Shown here in pieces: positions 23,801-35,058 of a stretch of DNA of 64,000 bases (positions are counted from its first letter, which is position 1; each line of letters begins with the position of its first letter). Below the pieces are notes generated by a model. The model made no database searches and was not told the origin of the DNA. It was given only the letters and a program-made list of their open reading frames with translations. A program made the position numbers and the translations under genes. The stretch spans positions 23,772 through 87,771 of the forward strand of contig QPMI01000024.1 of NCBI GenBank assembly GCA_004431415.1, given 5' to 3'. The stretch comes from Cyanophora paradoxa CCMP329 (taxonomy: Eukaryota; Plantae; Glaucophyta).

Positions 23801-25231
23801 ACACGCGTGAAATTCGCGGCCTTTCGCTGGTACGAACATTCTAATTGTAGACGCCTCAATTTCAAAGCTTGCGCGCATCTCATATCTGGCTTCCCCCAGG
23901 ACCCGCTCACCAGCTTCCCTGCGATCGTCGATTTCGTCACGAAGAACTGGTGCTTCATGTCCGGCGATCGCGAGTCACACGGCGTCCGCTTCTGGCAGTG
24001 GCCCGTCCTCATGTGGGACCCCGATCTCCATATTTCCAAGGTCCGTCTACGCGTGTACATGTTAACATTCGATCTGTTCTAGATCTGTGAGCTCGCATTT
24101 GGCGTGCTGAGCCCGGGGCCGGGGTACGTATACACGCGCAGAGGAAGCTCACGTGGGAGTCGCGCTGGTACGAGTGGAACGCCGCGATGTGCTGGCCGCA
24201 GGAATTCGGGCCAGTGGAAATGCACAACGACGTCAAGGACAGCTTGTGCGCATGCGTCCGCGCAACAAACGTCCTCGCGCTGTGATTGATTCGCTCGAGC
24301 AGCGCTCTCAAGAATGACCCTGCGGCGACCGTTAACGGAAAAGAGGGTTTCGAACCTTCGGGGGTAGGAGCGACGGCGGAGGTCGACGTCGCGATGAAGC
24401 GTTACCTGAAGGCGATGTGCTGGGACGACCCCGTCGAGTACCTCCGTAAGATCGCCGCCTGCGGGTGCGAGTGACCGATTCGCCTCTTTAAAGCCCGTCG
24501 ATGGCTAGCCGCGTCCTCGAAACCCTTTGAGTGTAATCGAATGGCATGGCCACTCGACGTCTCCTTTCTGATCGCGTGCGATTTGACCAGGTACCACCTC
24601 GCCCGCGTGGACTCCGCCAAGACCGATCCCAACACCAAAGGCATCGACCGTTTCAAGCAGCACAAGGCAAAGATTCTTTCCGAGCTGCCATGTGAGTCTC
24701 GCCGCATTGGCGCACAATTAAAGCTTGCGAGGCCTGCTCTTCGTTGACCGATTCCCGCCGCCGCGGCCAGACCTGCTGGCACAGTCGAAGCACGCGGAGT
24801 TCTGCCGCCGCCTCATCAACGCCGGCTGCCTCGCCCCGAAGAACGAAGAGCTGGACGAGCTGGAGAAGATGGAGAACTCGCCCCTGCTCGAGCTCGAGCT
24901 CGCGGTCCCGCCCAAGGACTCGGAATCAGACGCGGACCGGCGCCGGCCGCGGCCCGCCTACCCCGCCCTCTACATCAAGCCTTTCTGCCTCCTCCCGTCG
25001 GCTATCAAGGCCTTTTACGTCGCCCTGGTGCGCCCCCGCTCTCTTCTTCTCCCTCGATTACTCCGCCGACTCGCGCCCCAGGCCAAGGAGCAGCTCTCGC
25101 GGCTGCTGGACCTGCTCTACTTCGGCAAGGTCTATCCCTTCGGGGCGGAGCCGCCCGAGGTCGACGCGAGGCGGGCGAAGGCGCCGCACTTCACCCTGAA
25201 GCTGCGCTTCCTCAACCGCCTCAAGGTGTAG
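11820..25231 (+). CDS. Intron-rich polycystin (PKD2/TRPP-like) cation channel gene with long C-terminal region and internal duplication
   Basis: Exons read by hand: RELILFLGFLLLF (S1); IEDVYKW; IDIRQ; TYGEGGY; LQEARWID/NTRA..FALYN; LLIETPTSG; NFWNIVE; FRLFKYF; FAAFALAGMIVFG..EFRNF; LFRFLLGD/FDY; FFMCFVVFIILIFTNVFIAIVN.SY (S6). The start codon and the continuity of the 22037-25231 exons are inferred. Confidence 0.8.
12721..22036 (+). repeat. Tandem duplication: 12721-17286 and 17477-22036, separated by a 190 bp filler
   Basis: Copies are near-identical; the differences noticed are single-base homopolymer indels. Confidence 0.97.
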
Positions 25232-25939
25232 GCCTCGAGCTTCGCGATCGGCGGCTGCAGAGTTCACGTGCTCGTGCAACACATACGCGATTGCCTCCGG
25301 ATCCGGCATTTCGGCGGACAGTTGGAAAATAGCTGTAGGCATAGGCAGGCTGGCCTCCTTAACCGTCTCAAGGTGTAGGCCTCGAGCTTAGGAAAATAGG
25401 AAGTAGGAAAATAGCAGTAGGCATAGGCAGGCTAGCCTTCTTCAACCGGCTTCAACCGAAAATAGCAGTAGGCAGGCATACCCGCTTCATGATCAACCGA
25501 AGCTTAAGCCTTGAGGTTTAGGCCTCGAGCCTTGAGGATCGGCAACACGTACACGCGCGTCTGCGCGATCGCGAGGCTCGTCGTGCGCCGCGGCACCGCG
25601 GTACTCTCTTTCTCTTTCGAAGCATCAGTCCGCCGAAGGTCGCTTTCAATTGCTTTACTTTCCATTTTCACTTTCGTTTCGCATCGATTTTCGATGCAGC
25701 TGTCTTCTAATTATATATAAGCCAGGCAGCAGCTCACGGTCGGTGAAAGCTTTAGATAGGAAATAGCTGTAGGCAGGCTGACCAGTTTTTCTCGTGATTT
25801 GGGATCGATATCTGCGATCATGATCATGATCATGAGGAGATAATGGACTCCGGTAGATCTCTGCTCTCTGCCACATGGCTGCAGCTGTTTTCTGTTTTAA
25901 ATGTGAACTTGAATTAGTAGTATCTTTAGATCTCTCTAT

Positions 25940-28900
25940 ATGACGTTTAGGTTTCTTTCTCTGAACGTAGCAGGCAAACTAGATCGAGCTTTTCATGATG
26001 TATTAGGCAAATCTTATCGTTCTTTTCTCTTTGATTGCCTCCGCGATAGCGCGCGGCATTCAGCTGTGTTCCTGCAGGAGACTCATGTTTCTTCTTCCTC
26101 ATTATCCAAGCGCCTCGCGCGCGCCTGGGGATCGGCCCCCTCTTTTTGGTCTCATAACCCTAGTGGTCAGGCCACTCAGGGGGTTGCCGCTCTCTTTCCT
26201 GGTGATTCCCCTTTTCAAATTCGGTTGTTGACTCCAGCTGATAGTCCTCGACTTCAACTTTTCTTGTTCGAGACCAAATTTGGTCCCATTTATTTTTGCA
26301 ATGTATATGCTCCTACAGATGATTCTGAGCGTCGCGGTTTCTATGAAACTCTTCTTTATACTCTCGAGTCCGTGGTTCCTTTCGACAGCCGCCTCATCTT
26401 AGGAGGAGATTTTAATTTCCACGAGCTCCCTCTGATGCTCCCGGCCCTAGTCGTGGAACCCCTCCCCCGACGCCTTTGAGTTGATCCGAGCTCGTTATGG
26501 CCTTTTCGATGCCGGGCCTCACACTAGAGCGTGCTTTAAAACCTGGAGCCGGCCGCGGCCGGCGGGCGGGACGATTGAGTCCCGGCTCGATTATTTTTTC
26601 CTCTCGTCCTCCCTCCGCGATTGGGCCGTCTCGCTTCGGCCGTGGACGGCTTACTCTGCAGTTGGCGAGCCACGCAATTCTGATCATATAGGCATCTATC
26701 TCACACTTAAAGCCCCGGAATCTCTCGCCGTGGCCCCGGTCGCTGGCGCATGAACTGGGCGGCGTATGGGACATGCCCGGAATATTCTGGTTTCATTTCT
26801 ACTATAATTCGTGACTGGCGCGCCGCGTGGCCATTAGTTACAGATCGCGTCCGTCGGTGGGACGCCCTCAAATCCGAGCTCCAGCGTCGTGTTCGGGCCT
26901 GGGAGCTTGATGAGAAGCGCAGGCGGAAGGACGCTTACATCTCCGCTGTTCGAGCTCTCGAGGCTCTCATCCGTCGCCACGCCGCTGGCTCTATTGATGA
27001 TGTCGCTTTCCGTACACTGCGCACTTCTATGATGCGCAGCTTGAATTCGCTTGTGTCTGACTATGCCAGACAGCATTCACGCAAAGAAATTCGTTTCGCC
27101 GCAACTCAAGATGGACGGTCTAGTAAAGCTTTTTTTGAGCATTATTTACCGGATTCTCATGCTCAGTTCCCGGAGGGGCTTCGGGCCCTCGACACCGAAG
27201 GCCCAGAGGCCGCGTCGGACGACCCCCGCACTTTGCTCGAGCTTTCTTCCGCCTATTACGCTCAACTATATGACGGCGCTGCAGCTCAGGCCGCGGTTGA
27301 TCGGTCGCTAGCTGAGCGGTCTGGCGTTGCCTCTCTCTATTCCCCTCACCGCCTGCTCCCTACTGAGTCTGCTGATCTTGACTCTGACTTATCGTCTGGA
27401 GAACTATTTCGTGCTTTTAAGGAGATGTCTGGCGGAGCCAAGTCTCCTGGCATCGATGGTCTCCCTGCTGAATTCTACGTTCACTTTTTTGATGAGATTG
27501 GCCCCGATTTCTGTGCTTACATCGCTGCTATGTATGAGTCTGGGCAGCCGTCCGAGTCTTTGCGGCACGTCCTCATTACTCCTATTACTAAACCGGCAAC
27601 GGACCCTACTTTGATTGCAAATCGCCGCCCAATTTCTCTCTCTAATGTCGAAGAGCGTGCAGTCGAGCGCGCCCTCTCCAACCGCTTAACGCCACTCATG
27701 TCTGGTCTTGTATCCCGCTTTCAGTCTGGCTTTATTCATCGTCGGTCCGCAGTGCACCAGGTTATGCTTGTTTATCTTCTCATGCATTACGAGGGCGGTA
27801 ATCCTGCACTTGAACAGCTGTGCTTCGGATTTCTTGATTTTTCAAAAGCCTATGACCGCGTTAACTGGAGCTTCCTTTTCTGGTCGCTCGAACAGTTCGG
27901 TTTCGGGTCCCAATTTATCAAGTGGGTCCGCCTGCTCTACTCTGATCTGCAGGGTTCTGTTCACATTAACGGCTGGACCTCCGCCCCTTTCCCCATTCGA
28001 TGCGGTGTACGTCAGGGTGGCCCCTTTCGCCCTATCTATATAATTTGTGCACACACCTTTTAGCCCTTTTGATTAATGCTGATGCTCGTATACGAGGTGT
28101 CCGCTTGTCCTCTAGCTCTCTTTGCAAGGTGCTCCAGTTTGCAGACGACACGGTTCCTTTAATCTCGTCTTTTACCGAATTGCCTTTCTGGAAAGAGTGC
28201 TTTGATAAATACTGCCGGCTCTCTGGAGCTCTTATTAATCTCGAGAAATCTAGCCTTCTTCCACTCCGCGATATCCCCGCACATGCCTGGCCTAGCGTCG
28301 AGGACTGCCCCTGGCGGCGTCTTCAGGTGACGGATCTCCCTCCCGCTGAAAAAATTCGAAAATACCTGGGCTTTCCACTAGAGCCCGATCTGTCTCGGTT
28401 CTGGCGGAAAAAGACCGCTGCTCTTGATATCCGTGTCCAGCAAGCGAAGACTTATCGCATGCCGATGCGTTCCGGCGTTCTCCTTGCCTGGGCTGTATTT
28501 ATTGGGTCCCTACATTATGCTCTATATTTGCTTGACCCCCTGATGCTCAGTATTCGACATGGCAAGAGAAGCTTCGCGCTTTTGCTGGCGTGAGCGGGCA
28601 GCTTTCGAAGTATATTTCTCCTCTGCCGTGGCGTCAAGGTGGTCTCAACTGCCCGGATATTCGAGCTTTTTCGTTATCGCTGAAAATGAAGTGGGTGGCC
28701 TTGCTCGCTGACCCCTCTTGTTCAGCTCCTTGGAAGGAGTACCTCTTGAGCAAACTGGACGCTCAGCTGGCACCTTTTTCCTATGGCCCCGCCCTTGTCT
28801 CGCTCCGCCTCCCACTTGACAGACTTGACTTGCCTCCTATTTGGAAGCGGACTCTCTCCGAGTGGGCTCAGCGCCAGGGCGTGTGTCAACCTCGTAACTC

Positions 28901-30427
28901 TCCCGAAGTGTTATCCCAACCTCTTTTCTTCAATCCTCTGTTCAGTACTCCCGGCGACGAGGTCGACTGGAGTCGCTGTGCACGGTCCGGCTTGCTGCGG
29001 GTCTGCGATATCTGGGATTGTGCTGCCCGGGGGTTCCGGGCTCCAGCAGCTGCCTCCTCCGCCCTCCACTCCTTTTTCCCTAGTCTGTGTTCTGCGCTCC
29101 CGGCTACTTGGCGCCAGGTTCTCGAGGCCCTGCATCGCCGCCTCAGCATCTCTGGTGGTCCGGACCGGACGCCTCGTTTGCTCTCCTTCGAGGCCCAAGT
29201 GGTACTTTTGTTGCCTTCCCTGTTCGCGATAACCAGATAATTCCACGGGTGCTGGACTACATACCGCGCGTTCCTTGCCGCCCTGCGGCTTCCCACCCTG
29301 TGGGCCTATCCTCGAGCTCCAATTCAATTCTGTCCCGTTTGCTCCCGCTGCATGTTTGCTTCAGCGCTGTCTTCCTCTCTCTTCGTCGCGGGACCCTGCC
29401 TGGCCTTTTTGTTCTTGGCGCAGGCCCTTCGGCCTTTCTTTCTCTTGATAATCTTGCGTTCACTTTCGCTCGTATGCTCCCTCTCCGCCTCTCCTCTGTT
29501 CGTCGCTTCTACTGCCTTGAGGTCCAGCGGCTTCGCGATGTGTCTAGCCACGCTCAGATGCCCGATGCTAAGTGGGGGTTTCCCGGCGCCTTGTCTCCGT
29601 CCCGTCTTCCTAATCTTGTCGTCCTTCAGTGTTTCCCGATGCTTTGGATCGATGCTCTTTACCGTTTGCATTTCAAATTGTATCGTTTGGGCGAGCAACA
29701 GTCGCCCCGCCGTCGTTTCTGTCGGGTTTGTAATGACGGATCTGCTCGCTCTCACGCGCACGTTTTCTCTGAGTGCCCGCTTTCTCGTTCGTTCTGGGAT
29801 TTCATTCGTGAGCGCCTGAATTTCTGGGCTTCTACTCTTCCACCGGATGAGCGTGAAGAGGTCGCAGTGCCTGAGCTCTCTCTCTTCCACATCCTCTCGG
29901 TTCCGGATTTATCTGGGCCCATTTTGCGCAGTAAAGTTAACCCCGCCTTCTGCCTTCGCTCACTTGGAGCGATCCTTGCTGGCGTATTTTCCATCCAACA
30001 GGTTGCTCGCGCTCGGTGCGATCTTGAGGAGGCTGACATTGATGCGCCTTCTTACAACCGCGCCGCGCTTGTTGCCGCCTGGGACAGAAATATGTCGTAC
30101 CTCGAGTTCACCCTTTCGCAGGCTTCGGCCTTGTTGGAGGAGCGGCGCGCTCGCTTGGCTGCTGCTGACGCTGATGATCAGGCTGCCTCGGATGATGACG
30201 CACATGATTCAGAGTCTGGTACCGGTTCTCATCGTTCTAGTTCAAGCTCTGATTCTGACTCGTCCGGCGCTCCTTCTTCGGGCGGTGCTGACAACCTCGT
30301 CTCTTCGCGTGACATCGATTCTGTCCTCCGGAATCCTGCGGAGTTTGCCGTTCGTGGGAATGTCCCGTTGGGATCCCTGGTGGTCGCCCGCCTCCTGCGC
30401 CGTCCCCTCCTGCTCTGGCCCCTGTAG
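25940..30427 (+). CDS. LINE ORF2 (APE endonuclease, reverse transcriptase, C-terminal zinc finger); several frameshifts
   Basis: SLNV, FLQETH, NVYAP, GGDFN, SRLDYFF, SDH; KSPGIDGLPAEFY, RPISL, LDFSKAYDRV, GVRQG, QFADD, KYLG; CRVC..HVFSEC. Confidence 0.93.
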
Positions 30428-32428
30428 TGACCCTTGGGCCCATTCCTATTCCTGCTCTCGCTGCCCCTCTCGACGCTCCTTTCCCCCCATTCCCTGCGGT
30501 CCCGATCCCTGTGCTCCTTGGCCCTCTGGCCCCGCCTCTGCCTCCTCCCTCCTTACAACTTGCTGTCACGGGGCCTCTTCACTTGCCTGTTCCCCGGCAG
30601 GTCCCTGGTCATCTTGCAGCTCCATACCCCTTCTTACCTCTTCCCCTTGCTCCTCCACTTCCGCCCCTGCGAGGCCCTCTTTCTGACGTCCTCCTGGGTC
30701 AGCCCCCTCTTCAGCCCATCCTTCTTGCCCCCGCTTCTGCAACTGTGACGCTGGGCGGCACTATCTTTTTGCATGCCCCTCCCGCCTCTACGTCCCCGGT
30801 CTCTTTGCGTCTGCATCCACTTTCCCGGATCCGCTTGCAGGCCCCCTCGCCTCCAGAGCTCGCCATCACTTCGGCCTCCCTCGCCTCCGCTCTCGATTCT
30901 CCATACCCTTCGAATAGCCGCCTCCTCTCTCCTCCTCCGCCCTCCCTCCCCCCCTCGAGCTCCGGGTCCTCGGCCTCTGCCCCGCTTCCGAGTGTTGGCG
31001 AGACTGTCCTCTTTTCGATCTCCCCGTCATTCCGGCTCCCTGCTCCCCCTTCGGCGCCTCGGGTCCCATCTGCGGGTCCTATCCCGCTTCCTGGCGCTCG
31101 TGAGATTCGCCGCCGGCGCCCTCGTCGGGCCCTTGCGCCCTCGAGCTCGTCTCTCTCTGCACCGCCCATGGCCATGACCTCCGTGTCATCTGCTCCGGCG
31201 CCACCCGACCTTTCTCCTGCTTTGCTGCCCTCTCTTCGGCGCCGGCAGCGATCCCCGTCACCTGCTCGTGGCCCTTCCCCTGCCTCCGACCCTTCCTCGG
31301 CCCCCTCCTCGCCTCTTCCGTCTCGTCGGCCCCCGCCGCATTCCCGTCGGCGGATCTCTCGATCGACCCTGGACTCTCCGCCTGCCACTGTCTGCGGGTA
31401 CCTCCGCCGCCGTGTTCGGCGCCGGCTGTCAGTACTTTGCTCGGTAGCTCCCCCGTCGTGGCTCCTCGGGGCCTCTTCGTCGTCGTCGTTCGCTGGGTTC
31501 CGGCTCCGGGTCAGATTTCTCGCCGGGCTTACCTTCTCCTGGCTCTGCTCCTGGGCCCTCAGCTCCGGGACCGGCTTCCCCGATCTCCTTCCGGACTCGT
31601 GGTCGTACCCGTCGCCGGCTTGCCGAGCCTGCGGCTCCTTCTACTTCCCCCGGCGGTTTGCCGGGCCGGACCCTCCGGCCTTTGTTCTTGATACCGGACT
31701 ACCGCCTTTGTCCTTGTCTTCTGCTTCGCTGGTCGCGATCGTATCCCGCCGGCGCCGGCGTACTTCTTCGTCTTCTAGTTTAGTTCGGTCTGGTTCGGAT
31801 TCTGATCGTAGTGTTGATGCTAGAGTTAGTTTCAATACTAGCTATAGTCCTCGTGCTCGACCTGTTGTTCGCCGTCGTTTGCAGTTCGATTGCCCGCCTC
31901 GACCCCGGCCGGCTTTAGTGATTCCTTTGACTGTTCTTTTGCCTGCTCTTGATCCGCCTGCTCCGCCTCCTGTGTCCTCCTCGACCTCGTGCCGTAGCTC
32001 TGCCCTTTCGCATCGTCCTGCTTCGCCTCCGCCTCCATGTCGTCTTGTTGTTCCTCTTACTTGTCTTCTTCCTGTTATTTATCTTTCTCAATTTTGTCCC
32101 CCGCTTCTTAGTGATGTAATTCCTTCTGATATTGATGGTATCTCTAGCTCTGGCTCTTCTTCGTGTCAGTTATCCTCTAGCTCTGGCTCTTCTTCGTGTC
32201 AGTTATCCTCTGTCCCTAGATCTGCTCGATTTATCGTCTCTTCTCGCAATCGATCTGTCTCGAGCTCTGTGTCTTTCCTTTTTTATTGTCGATTTTGGCT
32301 CTTTGTCTTATCTTTCTTCGTGCTCTTGTCTTAGTTATTTTGCTATTTTGTCTCTATGCCCCCTGGGCAGCCCCCGCAGTGCTGGTGTCTAGAGACTGTG
32401 GCCGGTAATTCACCAAAAAAAAAAAAAA
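25940..32428 (+). mobile_element. Non-LTR retrotransposon, L1/Tx1-like
   Basis: APE-RT-zinc finger ORF, ~2 kb 3' region, poly-A at 32415-32428, TSD TCTCTAT at 25933-25939 and 32429-32435. Confidence 0.93.
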
Positions 32429-34420
32429 TCTCTATTTGTTTTCTCTTCTGATCATGACCATGATTATTTAAGACTCTTTGATGGGCTCTGCGCATGCAGC
32501 ACTTGGTAGCGCGGAGCGTCATGCGTATATGTATGCGTCAGCAGCGCAGTTTCCGAGCTTGCGGTGATCGCGAGCTTGCGGATATTTGCAGCGAACACCA
32601 GCGCTAGCTAGCCTATGTGCAGTAAACACCAGCGCTAGCGCATATAGCCTAGTAGTAGTCTTTCGCGTCTCTTTTCGAGCGCTAGCGCGGCTCTGCAGCT
32701 GCAGCAGCTGAACTGCGGAAGCCTATCACGATTCTATCTGTCTTTCTCGTAGCGTTCGACTCTGATTTAGCTATGATCACGTCAACAATGCTTAGAGATC
32801 TCCAGAATATTGATTAGGATAGCTGATGTCGATCACGCCTAAGTGAACCATGCATATGGCCATGATCAGAGCAGCCATAGCCAGAGTTAGCTGCACTTCA
32901 GGAAGGGAAATTAAAGAGCCTCGAAGGGGCCGGGCGCGGGGCCGCGGCAACTGCAGCCCTGGCCTGCGATCCGGATCCGCCCGCGGCCGGCCTGGGCTCT
33001 AAATTTAAATTAACGTTGCCGCTGCGAAATTGAAAGGCCTGCAAAAGGCTACACGCGGCGTAACCGGTCTAAGCTCACAGCGAGCCCCAACAGTTCAGAG
33101 CGGGCCTCCCCGGGACCCCCAGCCCCCAGGCCCTAGGCCTCCCATGACCAGGCCCCCTTCCATCCCCCCCCCCGGGCTCCCCCGGCCCCCAGCCTCCCTG
33201 AACCCCGCCGGGCCCCCGGCGCCCCGGCGCCCCCTCCGCCAGGCCGCCGTCAGGCCGAGCCTAGGACCGGGTATGCTGTTTTGGCGCCGCCCGCCCCCCC
33301 CCCTCCCCCCCCCCTTAACTTCTTCCTGCCCGGACCCCCGCCCACCCACACACCCACACCCACCCATGCCACCCACACACAACCCCCCTAGCCTATAGCC
33401 AACCGCTGTCATCGATATCATAGTATAGCCAATTGCAACGTTTAACCGCTGTTGTATTGCCTCACGGCTTTATGCCGTCAGGAGCCGGCGCCCCGAGTCT
33501 CGCCACTCGCAGTGCTTGGCCTTAGTCTCCGCAGCGCTCACATTGAGTGCGCCGATTGGACCCCCATTACTTTTCATGTACCCCTCCCGGGCTCACACCC
33601 CGGGTGACACTCTTGTACCCGGCACTTGTGCTTGCTCCAGGAATACCAGCTCTGCCGGCTCTGCCAGCTCTGCTAGCCGCACCGTAAACTAGGCACTTCT
33701 GACCCTCGCCGGGCCTCGTCCAGCCATCCGACCCGCCAGCCGCAGCCAGGCGTGGTCGGACCGCTGGGCGAAGCGATCCGTGGACGGAGGAGCGCGTTTC
33801 GGAGGACAGTATTGCGAATCCGCCGCCGCACGCCGACGCCGGACTCGCTAACGGTCGCCCCGTGCATCCGCAGTCTGCGGGAATCGACTGGCACGCCCCC
33901 GTCCCACGCCGGACGCGGAATCGTTGCTAGTGGCATCGGCGACGCTCGGAAACGGTGGATCGTCGACCGGACGCGCCCGTCACCGACCGACATCGACCAA
34001 CCGACCTCGCCCCGCCGCCCGCTTCAGCGCCGCGCACTTCTCGGCCTTTCGAAGGGGGAGACTCTGCCAAAATTTCCGGCGGATTCAGCCCTTCGACTCG
34101 CCGGTGGACCGCCGACGCTCAGCTGCGGACTTACCTCGCGATCACTTCCCCCGCCCCCACTTTCTCCCGCCCACGTCTCCGCCGCGCTGCGGACACGTGA
34201 ACCTCGCCGGAGATCACCGATCGCAGCCGGCCTTCCCGCGTGGAAGCCCGGTCGGCGATCCTCCCTCGGCTCCTCGGACCTCCATCTTCGTCGCTTCTCC
34301 CGCCCACTCCCGCCCGTCGGCCGACGTCCATACGTCGCCGACATCGATTTCCGCACCCGTCATTCCTTTTCCCCGGCCGCCGTCGCTCGACGACGCCGCG
34401 CCGTCCGTTACCCGCCGTTC

Positions 34421-34840
34421 CCGCCCTCTCCCCTCGGCTCTCCCTCGCCTTCGCCTCGCTGCGGACGCCACGAGCCTCGGCGGAGACCTCAGATCGCAGC
34501 CGGCCCTCCCGCGCGGAAGCCCGGCCGGTGATCTACGTGCGGCGCCTCGAACCGCTCCCGTCGCCCTTTCCCGCCCTCTCCCCTCGGCTCTTCCCTCGCC
34601 TCCGCCTCGCTGCGGACGCTACGAGCCTCGGCGGAGACCTCAGATCGCCGCCGGCCCTCCCGCGCGGAAGCCCGGCCGGTGATCTACGTGCGGCGCCTCG
34701 AACCGCTCCCGTCGCCCTTTCCCGCCCTCTCCCCTCGGCTCTTCCCTCGCCTCCGCCTCGCTGCGGACGCTACGAGCCTCGGAGGAGATCTTAGCTCGCA
34801 GCCGGCCTTCCCGCGTGGAAGCCCGGCCGGTGATCTACTC
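34421..34840 (+). repeat. ~151 bp tandem repeat (~2.8 copies, plus a diverged copy at ~34180-34260) upstream of the giant ORF
   Basis: Unit starts at 34421, 34571 and 34722. Confidence 0.9.
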
Positions 34841-35058
34841 TCGGCGCCCCGGCTCTCACCCGTCGCCGCCGTCCTCGCCCCGCCCCGCCCGCTCGCCAGC
34901 CGACGCCCGTTCGTCGCCGGCACCGCCTCCCTGCTCTCTACACTCCGCCCCGATCCCGGCCGCCGTCGCGCGTCGACGCCGCGCCGGATCCCTCGCCTCC
35001 TCGCCCCCGCCCCTCGGCTCCGCGTCGGTTTCCTCCGTCTCCGCCGCGTGCAGACACG

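Noticed and set aside
25214-25500. Short duplications of the gene end and AAAATAGCAGTAGGC motifs
   Set aside because: Local slippage-type repeats with no further structure.
25940-30427. LINE ORF2 as a decayed pseudogene or programmed frameshifts
   Set aside because: Breaks resemble the single-base indels seen between other near-identical copies, so sequencing error cannot be excluded.
30427-32334. 635 aa ORF after LINE ORF2 (and matching ORFs at 6973-8675 and 9511-10735)
   Set aside because: A-poor sequence lacks stops by composition; the product is low-complexity and frames shift between copies.
33450-33945. 5' LTR (TGTTG...) with PBS TGGCACGCCC or TGGCATCGG
   Set aside because: No CA end before either candidate, short tRNA-like match, and no second LTR in the window.
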